Below, piece after piece: positions 14,780 through 25,430 of a DNA stretch of 64,000 nucleotides. Source of the stretch: Macrostomum lignano (taxonomy: Eukaryota); contig NIVC01000459.1 in assembly GCA_002269645.1 (NCBI GenBank), positions 253,760-317,759 of the forward strand, given 5' to 3'. The position numbers were made by a program, and so were the translations under genes. Under the pieces are notes generated by a model that worked only from the letters and a program-made list of their open reading frames with translations, was not told where the DNA came from and made no database searches. Numbering within the stretch: position 1 is the first letter of the stretch; every line of letters starts with the position of its first letter.

Positions 14780-17700
14780 TTAGAAGGGCTTGTATCCTTT
14801 GCGCTTTCCTCTGCTAGTTCGCAGGGCGATGCAGGCAAACAGAACCGCCAACGCTAGCAGCAGAACGAACAGCACAATCAGGCAGATGAACAGAGGCAGT
14901 GGCACCGCCCAGATCAGGCCTTCGGTGGGACTGCTGGCCGACTGCAGGATCATGTAGCCCAGCGGCCAGGCCAACTTGTTGTCAGTTCGGGTCTGCGGGG
15001 ATTTGAGAGACATATTGGGGATTCATAAGCCTTGCAAAAATCATAACATTATTTATCGTTCAGGTGATTACCACAGCTTTGCCTTCTGTTCGGTACGTTG
15101 GGATCTGAAAAAATTGAATGCGATGGCAATGGATTTTGAGAGAAATTAATGTTTAAGGGTCTTCCTGTCCTCAACTCTCACCTCCAGAATTTCCTCAACT
15201 CTCACCTCCACAATGTCCTCAACTCTCACCTCCACAATGTCCTCAACTCTCACCTCCACAATGTCCTCAACTCTCACCTCCACAATGTCCTCAACTCTCA
15301 CCTCCACAATGTCCTCAACTCTCACCTCCACAATGTCCTCAACTCTCACCTCCACAATGTCCTCAACTCTCACCTCCACAGTGTCCCTCAACTCTCACCT
15401 CCACAATGTCCTCAACTCTCACCTCCACAATGTCCTCAACTCTCACCTCCACAATGTCCTCAACTCTCACCTCCACAATGTCCCTCAACTCTCACCTCCA
15501 CAATGTCCTCAACTCTCACCTCCACAATGTCCTCAACTCTCACCTCCACAATGTCCTCAACTCTCACCTCCACAATGTCCTCAACTCTCACCTCCACAAT
15601 GTCCTCAACTCTCACCTCCACAATGTCCTCAACTCTCACCTCCACAATGTCCTCAACTCTCACCTCCACAATGTCCTCAACTCTCACCTCCACAATGTCC
15701 TCAACTCTCACCTCCACAATGTCCTCAACTCTCACCTCAACAATGTCATCAACTCTCACCTCCACAATGTCCTCAACTCTCACCTCCACAATGTCCTCAA
15801 CTCCCACCTCAACAATGTCATCAACTCTCACCTCCAGAATGTCCTCAACTCTCACCTCCACAATGTCCTCAACTCTCACCTCCACAATGTCCTCAACTCT
15901 CACCTCCACAATGTCCTCAACTCTCACCTCCACAATGTCCTCAACTCTCACCTCAACAATGTCATCAACTCTCACCTCCACAATGTCCTCAACTCTCACC
16001 TCCACAATGTCCTCAACTCCCACCTCAACAATGTCATCAACTCTCACCTCCAGAATGTCCTCTACTCTTTTCTTCTACGTCTTCTACGATTCCAATTTCA
16101 TCAACCCCAATGTCCTTAATCAGTCCTCACCTTATCAAGAAACTCAATATTGCTCCAGTTGGAGTCGTTGAATCCCAGTCCCCGCAGGAGGCTCTCCACG
16201 AAGATGCCATCAAAGCAGAGCCACCTCAGCCTGGCCTCGGACACGCTGCCCGATGGTCGATACGACCGGCTGCAGAAGCTGTCCACCAGGATGGACACCT
16301 CGGTGAGGTTGGCGCTGGGCCGGCTGGCCGCCCGACGGTTTGCCGTCAAATTGAAGAAATCGGCGACGTGATAGAAGCCGGAGAAGGCGACAAATTTACC
16401 GACTGGGTCGGGCTGGTAGACATTGTTGAAGGAGCAGCTGGTTTGGTTGCACAGCGAGTTGAAGAACCTGGCGGCCAGCAGGCGGCAGCGGGAGGCGTCG
16501 CCGCTGCCGGAGACGAGGAAGCGGGCATCCACCTTTGCGGCCGGCACGGTGAACAGGCCGTCCGAGCAGGGGGGGACGAACACCTCGCTGGCGCGTACCT
16601 GCGGTGTGGGTGTGTGGCATTGGTGTGGTATTGGTGTGGTATTGGGGTGGTATGGTGTGGCATTGGGGTAGTATGGTGTGGTATTGGTGTGGTATTGCTG
16701 TGGCATTGGGGTGGTATTGGTGTGGCATTGGGGTGGTATTGGTGTGGTATTGGTGTGGTATTGGTGTGGTATTGGTGTGGTATTGGTGTGGCATTGGGGT
16801 AGTATGGTGTGGTATTGATGTGGTATGGTGTGGCATTGGGGTGGTATGGTGTGGCATTGGGGTGGTATGGTGTGGTATTGGTGTGGCATTGGGGTGGTAT
16901 TGGTGTGGCATTTGGGTGGTATTGGCGTGGCATTGGAGTGGTATGGTGTGGTATTGGTGTGGTATGGTGTGGCATTGGGGTAGTATGGCGTGGTATTGGT
17001 GTGGCATTGGGGTGGTATTGGTGTGGTATGGTGTAGCATGGTGTGGTATTGGTGTGGTATTGATGTGGTATTGGTGCGGCATTGTGTGGTATTGGTGTGG
17101 TATTGGTGTGGCATGGTGTGGTATTGGTGTGGTATTGGTGTGGTATTGGTGTGGTATTGGTGTGGTATTGATGTGGTATGGTGTGGTATGGTGTGGTATT
17201 GGTGTGGCATTGTGTGGTATTGGTGTGGTATTGGTGTGGTATGGTGTGGTATTGGTGTGGTATTGGTGTGGTATTGGTGTGGTATTGATGTGGTATTGAT
17301 GTGGCATGGTGTGGCATGGTGTGGTATTGGTGTGGTATTGATGTGGCATGGTGTGGTATTGGTGTGGCATGGTGTGGTATTAGTGTGGTATTGGTATTGC
17401 ATGGTGTGGTATTGGTGAGGCATAGGTATAGGGATGGGTTATGAGAATACCCTGGGGACCAGGGATGGCACGGGATACCGGAGCTCCTGTCGCACCTTGT
17501 CCGAGTAACCCAGCTGCCAGCAGGGAAAATCCACAGGTTTGCCATCGTCATATCCTGCGTCGGCGATGGCCCGGCCGATGGCTCGCCGCTGGGCCGCGCC
17601 GAGTCCGTAGCAGCCGAAGCTGTGCGCGTAGACCCGCCTGGTGCGGCCATAGACAGTCAGCGGTCGCGTGTCCGGCGAGTCGGGCGGCGAGTCCGGCGGC

Positions 17701-19258
17701 GATTCGAAGGCGACCTGGACGCTGCCGTCGCCAAGGTCGAGGCTCCCGAAGGTTGCTGGCAGATCCGGCGGCGGATTGGCGGTCGAACCGGCGTTCTGCG
17801 CCGCCTCCCGCGCAGGCAGGTCGCCGAATCCGCCTTTAAGGAAGTTGACGGCCAGCCAGCCGGCGCGCGCCTCCTCGTCACCTTCAAGGATGCGCACGCC
17901 GCCGACTTCAAAGTGGAAGCCGCCGCTGCCGCCCGGCCGCAGAATTTTTCGAGCATCCGAGAGAACGGCTTCAGCTTTAGAGGCGTTCACGGATCTGAGA
18001 GCAGGGGGGGGGGGCGTTTGGGTGGCGGTGGGTGGAACTGCTGAGAACTGAGATCGATTCGGTCACACAGTTGGCAGTCGGTCACACAGCTCAGCAATCG
18101 GTCACACAGCCCAGTAATCGGTCACACAGCTCAGCAATGGGTCACAAAGCCCAGAAATCAGTCACACAACTCAGCAGTCAGACACAGCTCAGCCATCGGT
18201 CAAACAGCTCATCAGCCTCACCTGTACATCCTCATCCCGGCAGTGGCGCCCAGATACAGTTTGGTTTGCTTCTCAAGTTTCTCTGGCACCGCCGGTCTCA
18301 CGGCGCTGACGGCCTCTCGCATTTGACTCAGGCCTCCGGCCACTTGTATAGGGAGCGCTGAAAGTAAGAAAATGAATATGATAAATCAAAATGATGATGA
18401 ACAAGGCAAAGTCACTTCGGCTTGAGATCAAACACTTAAGGCTCGAGATCTCTTACAAGTGTGGGCGGTGGCCTTCTGGAGCACCACTCCGTTGCCGCGG
18501 TACTTGCTTGAGCGCCAAGCGTAGATGTAGGCCTTCGTGGAGTGCGCGCCCGCGTCCACGATGACCCCGAACTGTGGGAAGACAGCGCAAGAGTCAGATA
18601 CGTTTATCGCTGGCATGCCCTGCCCCAAGATGACCCTCCCAAACAGACAGATAAATCCAGAGAGTCTTACAGTCACAGCCGGCCGACTCAAGGTGAGGTG
18701 CACAACAACCAGGACGATGAGTCCAATAGCTCCGATGGCGAGCGCCAGAGCTGCCAGAATCCACCAGGTGGACAGGGCCGGCGGCGGCACCTTCGGCAGG
18801 TCCGGTGGAGGTGGCGGTGGATCTGCGAGGTGGGGATAATGGGATTTGGGAAGTCACGGTAACAGTCTGGATGTCCAGTACAGCATGTCTGCAAGCTGGG
18901 GGACTGCATGGGATCTGCACCAACTGCAGCATGTCTGCAAGCTGAGGGACTGCATCTGATCAGCACCCGACATCGCCCCAAGCAAGTCACATGGACAGCG
19001 CGACTCACTCTTATTATAGGCAAAGATGGTCTCGCCATCAGTCAAGCCGGATTCGGCGATGGTCTTCGCCAAGTCCAGCTCAGGATTAGCGGCGTTCCTG
19101 CGCAATGCAAACGTTTCCTTGCGTTTAACCCGCTTCTCAGTGCAAAACTCGTCCAACAACCAGTCCAGTGTCCGGTCCGCCGTGGTCTGCACGTGCACCC
19201 GACCGAATATCTCGTCATTGTCGAGGTCGCACTTCACCGTGATGGTTATAATACTCAT
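14780..19258 (-). CDS. CD39/GDA1-family ecto-NTPDase with N-terminal ubiquitin-like domain, 610 aa (exons 19258-19009, 18822-18671, 18571-18457, 18357-18222, 17994-17496, 16598-16131, 14992-14780)
   Basis: ACR1 VIVDAGAHST, ACR2 LYLGATAGMR, ACR3 GDEEARAGWLAVNFL, ACR4 LDLGDGSVQ, ACR5 AWPLGYM; N- and C-terminal TM helices. Six GT-AG introns with consistent phases; 1833 nt. NTPDase identity is high confidence; the Ubl exon link is moderate. Confidence 0.85.
15165..16060. repeat. 24-bp minisatellite (CTCAACTCTCACCTCCACAATGTC)n in NTPDase intron 6
   Basis: Direct tandem repetition; explains the long ORFs at 15149-16171. Confidence 0.95.
16605..17420. repeat. ~11-bp degenerate minisatellite (TGGTGTGGTAT/TGGTGTGGCAT)n in NTPDase intron 5
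   Basis: Direct tandem repetition abutting the acceptor at 16599. Confidence 0.93.
18055..18205. repeat. 20-bp degenerate minisatellite (GGTCACACAGCTCAGCAATC)n in NTPDase intron 4
   Basis: About 7 units. Confidence 0.8.
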
Positions 19259-20319
19259 GATTGCCGAGCGATCTCAACTTTAACGATAGCGGGTTTCAAT
19301 CCAAGCCAGACGGGGGGCCATGGATCGCACTCGGACAGGAGCAGCTACGAAACAAGTGCACGCTTCGTGGATCCACCCAAGCTGTAGGGCGACTGCAGTT
19401 AAAGGCTCAGAACGAGAGCAATATTCTTTCTCGCTGCAAACTATGCCAGATGTTTCAAACCGAAGCTCTCGACTGGGCCCACCGCATGGCTGAGGCCTTG
19501 CTGCGCCGATATCTGGCAAAAATCCACACGATTCAGAGAGGAAAAAACGATTTTTGTATGATAGCCAGGCTCGCTTTGCACAGATAACAGCGCGCTCCGA
19601 GTTAGCGCAAAAGCAGTCAAGTTATATTAATCTACACTTGACTTCCGTCTCTCTCTCTCTTCAGCCCTCCAGGCCACTGCAGTCAGGCAGGCAGTATTTT
19701 TCAATCGATAACATTGATTGATTTCTGCGCCAAAGCGAGAGAGAGAGAGAGAGAGAAGAGGAGAGCACCACAGAGCAGCCCGCGTCATTGTCTCTCTCTC
19801 CCCTAGCAATGCCGCCCACAAAATCCACTCTCTCATGTCCGTTCACGGTGGTTCGGTCTCGGGCAAAACTGCATGGCATAGTCAATAGCTCCGTAGCAAT
19901 TATTAGTAATAATTGTCCATATGGAGCAATAGAAGGCCGCACCCAAGAGATACGCTCTGCTGCTGCTTGTAGTTAATTAAAAAATTATTTAAGTCGCCGC
20001 TGAACTGCGAGCAGTGCATGGTTACAACTTACTAATGCAAGTAGTATAGTCCAAAACTGGAATTGTAAAAAACTCTTAAGTGTATATTTTCCTTAATTTG
20101 GATAAACAACAGTTGAGACTGTAGATTCATTTTAATATCGAGTTCGCACGTTTTAGTATTCAGAAGGCATGAATTCACCAATTGAAACAAAGACATTCAG
20201 TCTGGAGCCGCATATATTTGATTCAGCAGATGTGCCAGCACTAGAGGCAAATAAAATGCAAAACAGTTCGCGTCTCTTGAGACTAAGCAGCTGATGTAAC
20301 CGCAACCTCCAGCTGAATC

Positions 20320-21000
20320 TGCCTCAGCATCCTTCATCTGAGTCTGCATTCGCATCAGCATCCTTCATCTGAGTCTGCATTCTCATCAGCATCCTTCATC
20401 TGAGTCTGCCTCATCAGCATCCTTCATCTGAATCTGCATTCTCATCAGCATCCTTCATCTGAGTCTGCATTCTCATCAGCATCCTTCATCTGATTCTGCA
20501 TTCTCATCAGCATCCTTCATCTGAGTCTGCATTCTCATCAGCATCCTTCATCTGAGTCTGCATTCTCATCAGCATCCTTCATCTGAGTCTGCATTCTCAT
20601 CAGCATCCTTCATCTGAATCTATATCCTCATCAGTATCCTTAATCTGCATCAGCATCCTTCATCTAAATCCGCATCAGCATCCTTCATCTAAATCTTCAT
20701 CCGCATCAGCATCCTTCATCTGAATCTACATTCCCTTCAACATCCTTGATCTAAATCTACATTCCCTTCAACATCCTTCATCTGAATCTACATCCGCATC
20801 AACATCCTTTATCTGAATCTACATCCTCATCAGCATCCTTTATCTGAATCTACATACTCATCACTATCCTTCATCCGCATCAGCATCCTTTATCTAAATC
20901 TACGTCCACATCAACATCCTTCATATGAATCTACATCCGCATCAACATCCTTCATCTGAATCTACATCCGCATCATCATTCTTCATCTGGATCGTCTTCA
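20320..21000. repeat. 31-bp minisatellite (GCATCCTTCATCTGAGTCTGCATTCTCATCA)n overlapping the LicD stop region
   Basis: Direct tandem repetition that becomes more degenerate towards the CDS. Confidence 0.9.
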
Positions 21001-21964
21001 TCAGCATCAGCGCTCCCATTAACATCCGCAGACTCCGCATCGGCCCCAGCAGAGTCGGCCCAGCGGGCAGCCGCGCCAGGAATCTGAGTTCTCAGCTCAG
21101 GCGGAATTTTAACGTACAGTCCAGTAGACGAGTCGTACATGGCGTCGCGCCCCAGGTAGCCGTACTCGACAGTCAGGTAGGCCAGCAGGTCCCTAGGCGC
21201 AAAAGTTGGTACAGACTCAAAGGTGCAGGGCACAGCTGGGAAGAGACAGTCCGCAGGGAATCGCTTGTCCATGCAGTCGTAGATGCCAGGTACGGACCAG
21301 TTGACGCGCAACGAGCCGTTTGGATCCAGCGGATGCGGCGACACGGTGAACACGTCCAGGTGCACCAGGCAGGGATCGAAGGGAAACCGCTTAGGCCCGC
21401 AGTTGAGACCAACGGCTGCCCAACCGGCCTCGGTGAGGCTGAACTTCACCCGCTTGCATCCCCGACCAGCGTAGGGGATCTCAACAGTCGAACCGGACTC
21501 GAACCACGGCTTACCGCTCAGACTGCAGCTGGCATCGAATGCGATATGAGCAGCGCCCGGCTCGGCCGCCGTCAACCGGTTGCCAATAGCAACCAGACGG
21601 GCAAAGTCGACCTCGCGGACAACCAGATCGATATCGGAGTCGTGCGGAATCATCCGGCCGGACTCGCGTGCACAGCCAGGGCGCTGCCGCCGTACAGGGC
21701 GTACTCAACCCCGGCCGACTCTAGCTCGGACTTGACCCTGGCGAACAGCGCCAGACGAGCCGGCCGGAACAGGCGGGCTCGCCGGACAGACTTGGCATAG
21801 TTGGCCGGCCGACAGTCGCCCCACATGTTAAGGCTGATCGAGCTGGCGGTTCGGTGCTTCCGCTGCCCGCCGCTGGCGTCGTCATCGTCGAACCACAGCG
21901 GCAGCAGCTGGCACAGACTCGCTGTTGGTGACTCGCTCTGGAGCTCCTCCTCGCCTGCGCTCAT
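20976..21964 (-). CDS. LicD/fukutin-like nucleotidyltransferase-fold protein, single exon, with an apparent 1-nt frameshift near 21665
   Basis: YALYGGSALAV in one frame and MIPHDSDIDL in the next match the LicD G-T/S-L-L-G...IPWDxDxD motif. Restoring one base (cac[c]gcgag) gives ...LAVHRESGRMIPHDSDIDL. C-terminal YLTVEYG motif. Confidence 0.75.
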
Positions 21965-22157
21965 CTCTCTCTGTCTCTCTCACGCTGTGTCTACTCGAAA
22001 GTAGGCTGGATCGGGTTTTAAATTATAATATAATTAAATAGATAACTAGTTGCGCCAACTGCAAACAATCATTTCTGACTGACATGTAGAATGGATTTTC
22101 TATAGGAAATTTCATAGTGTAGGGAGATTTCCGACTGAACCTCGCGTCGCTTAAACT

Positions 22158-24850
22158 GGAGTGTTAATAACACAGAAACCCCATCCCTCAGAGTGTTAAT
22201 AACACAGAAACCCCATCCCTCAGTGTTAATAACACAGAAACCCCATCCCTCAGAGTGTTAATAACACAGAAACCCCATCCCTCAGAGTGTTAATAACACA
22301 GAAACCCCATCCCTCAGAGTGTTAATAACACAGAAACCCCATCCCTCAGAGTGTTAATAACACAGAAACCCCATCCCTCAGTGTTAATAACACAGAAACC
22401 CCATCCCTCAGAGTGTTAATAACACAGAAACCCCATCCCTTAGAGTGTTAATAACACAGAAACCCCATCCCTCAGAGTGTTAATAACACAGAAACCCCAT
22501 CCCTTAGAGTGTTAATAACACAGAAACCCCATCCCTCAGAGTGTTAATAACACAGAAACACCATCCCTTAGAGTGTTAATAACACAGAAACCCCATCCCT
22601 TAGAGTGTTAATAACACAGAAACCCCATCCCTCAGAGTGTTAATAACACAGAAACCCCATCCCTCAGAGTGTTAATAACACAGAAACCCCATCCCTCAGT
22701 GTTAATAACACAGAAACCCCATCCCTCAGAGTGTTAATAACACAGAAACCCCATCCCTCAGTGTTAATAACACAGAAACCCCATCCCTCAGTGTTAATAA
22801 CACAGAAACCCCATCCCTCAGAGTGTTAATAACACAGAAACCCCATCCCTCAGAGTGTTAATAACACAGAAACCCCATCCCTTAGAGTGTTAATAACACA
22901 GAAACCCCATCCCTCAGAGTGTTAATAACACAGAAACCCCATCCCTTAGAGTGTTAATAACACAGAAACCCCATCCCTCAGAGTGTTAATAACACAGAAA
23001 CACCATCCCTTAGAGTGTTAATAACACAGAAACCCCATCCCTTAGAGTGTTAATAACACAGAAACCCCATCCCTCAGAGTGTTAATAACACAGAAACCCC
23101 ATCCCTCAGAGTGTTAATAACACAGAAACCCCATCCCTCAGTGTTAATAACACAGAAACCCCATCCCTCAGAGTGTTAATAACACAGAAACCCCATCCCT
23201 TAGAGTGTTAATAACACAGAAACCCCATCCCTCAGAGTGTTAATAACACAGAAACCCCATCCCTCAGTGTTAATAACACAGAAACCCCATCCCTCAGTGT
23301 TAATAACACAGAAACCCCATCCCTCAGAGTGTTAATAACACAGAAACCCCATCCCTCAGAGTGTTAATAACACAGAAACCCCATCCCTTAGAGTGTTAAT
23401 AACACAGAAACCCCATCCCTCAGAGTGTTAATAACACAGAAACCCCATCCCTTAGAGTGTTAATAACACAGAAACCCCATCCCTTAGAGTGTTAATAACA
23501 CAGAAACCCCATCCCTCAGAGTGTTAATAACACAGAAACCCCACCCCTCAGTGTTAATACACAGAAACCCCATCCCTCAGAGTGTTAATAACACAGAAAC
23601 CCCATCCCTCAGAGTGTTAATAACACAGAAACCCCATCCCTTAGAGTGTTAATAACACAGAAACCCCATCCCTCAGAGTGTTAATAACACAGAAACCCCA
23701 TCCCTCAGTGTTAATAACACAGAAACCCCATCCCTCAGAGTGTTAATAACACAGAAACCCCATCCCTCAGAGTGTTAATAACACAGAAACCCCATCCCTC
23801 AGAGTGTTAATAACACAGAAACCCCATCCCTCAGTGTTAATAACACAGAAACCCCATCCCTCAGTGTTAATAACACAGAAACCCCATCCCTCAGTGTTAA
23901 TAACACAGAAACCCCATCCCTCAGAGTGTTAATAACACAGAAACCCCATCCCTTAGAGTGTTAATAACACAGAAACCCCATCCCTCAGAGTGTTAATAAC
24001 ACAGAAACCCCATCCCTCAGAGTGTTAATAACACAGAAACCCCATCCCTTAGAGTGTTAATAACACAGAAACCCCATCCCTTAGAGTGTTAATAACACAG
24101 AAACCCCATCCCTTAGAGTGTTAATAACACAGAAACCCCATCCCTCAGTGTTAATAACACAGAAACCCCATCCCTTAGAGTGTTAATAACACAGAAACCC
24201 CATCCCTTAGAGTGTTAATAACACAGAAACCCCATCCCTTAGAGTGTTAATAACACAGAAACCCCATCCCTCAGAGTGTTAATAACACAGAAACCCCATC
24301 CCTCAGAGTGTTAATAACACAGAAACCCCATCCCTCAGTGTTAATAACACAGAAACCCCATCCCTCAGAGTGTTAATAACACAGAAACCCCACCCCTCAG
24401 TGTTAATACACAGAAACCCCATCCCTCAGAGTGTTAATAACACAGAAACCCCATCCCTCAGAGTGTTAATAACACAGAAACCCCATCCCTTAGAGTGTTA
24501 ATAACACAGAAACCCCATCCCTCAGAGTGTTAATAACACAGAAACCCCATCCCTTAGAGTGTTAATAACACAGAAACCCCATCCCTTAGAGTGTTAATAA
24601 CACAGAAACCCCATCCCTTAGAGTGTTAATAACACAGAAACCCCATCCCTTAGAGTGTTAATAACACAGAAACCCCATCCTCTAGAATGCTAATAACACA
24701 GAAATGCCATCCTCTAGAATGCTAATAACACAGAAATGCCATCCTCTAGAATGCTAATAACACAGAAATGCCATCCTCTAGAATGCTAATAACACAGAAA
24801 TCCCATCCTCTAGAATGCTAATAACACAGAAATCCAATCGCTTAGAATGT
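22158..24850. repeat. 32/30-bp satellite (GAGTGTTAATAACACAGAAACCCCATCCCTCA)n, ~2.7 kb
   Basis: Head-to-tail units without spacers; a diverged variant (TCTAGAATGCTAATAACAC...) occupies the right edge. Confidence 0.97.
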
Positions 24851-25430
24851 TATTAAAAATTCTAAAAAAGACCTAATCTGCATAACAAAATAAAACAAAG
24901 AATACAAGACAATCAATTCATTGATCACTGCATCCCATCGTGGGATGGCAGACCAGCAATTTAATTACAACAAGCCTATTATTATTATCTTATTATAATT
25001 AGATAACACATACAGATAGACAAATATTGTCGATTGAAGCAGATGACTTCATTGAAAACAGCGACAAGAAATGAAATTAAAATGACACAACAAAGGGGTT
25101 AAGCAAAACCAGAGTGGGTATAGAGATGAGTTTCTCGACCCCTGTTATAGGCGGATGCACATTATAATTGAACATTGGTTATTAAATATTATTTATACTT
25201 GAAGAAAAGCACAACGCGCCAAATTTGCTCAGCAATTCTCAGTCAACAAACGCCTGCGCAGTGAATTAATGGTATTTTTTCTGCGCAAAATATTCATTCT
25301 CTTTTTTATTGTTTCATTTTTTCAGTTGCTGTTGCTGCTTTGATTCTTCTTTTCTTGCACAATAATATTTTATTGTTTTTAACTCTTTTGTATCATTTTT
25401 TCGTTATTTTTTTTCAAGCTGAGCGACGAA

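Noticed and set aside
18854-19258. Stand-alone 134-aa ubiquitin-like gene, as in the ORF track
   Set aside because: The last ~50 codons run through a GTGAGT donor into duplicated intronic sequence; the spliced fusion model explains the data better, although it is unproven.
22158-24850. CRISPR-like array (32-bp palindromic repeat)
   Set aside because: Units are head-to-tail with no unique spacers, there are no cas genes, and the context is eukaryotic. The same applies to the arrays at 32135-34075 and 35150-35892.
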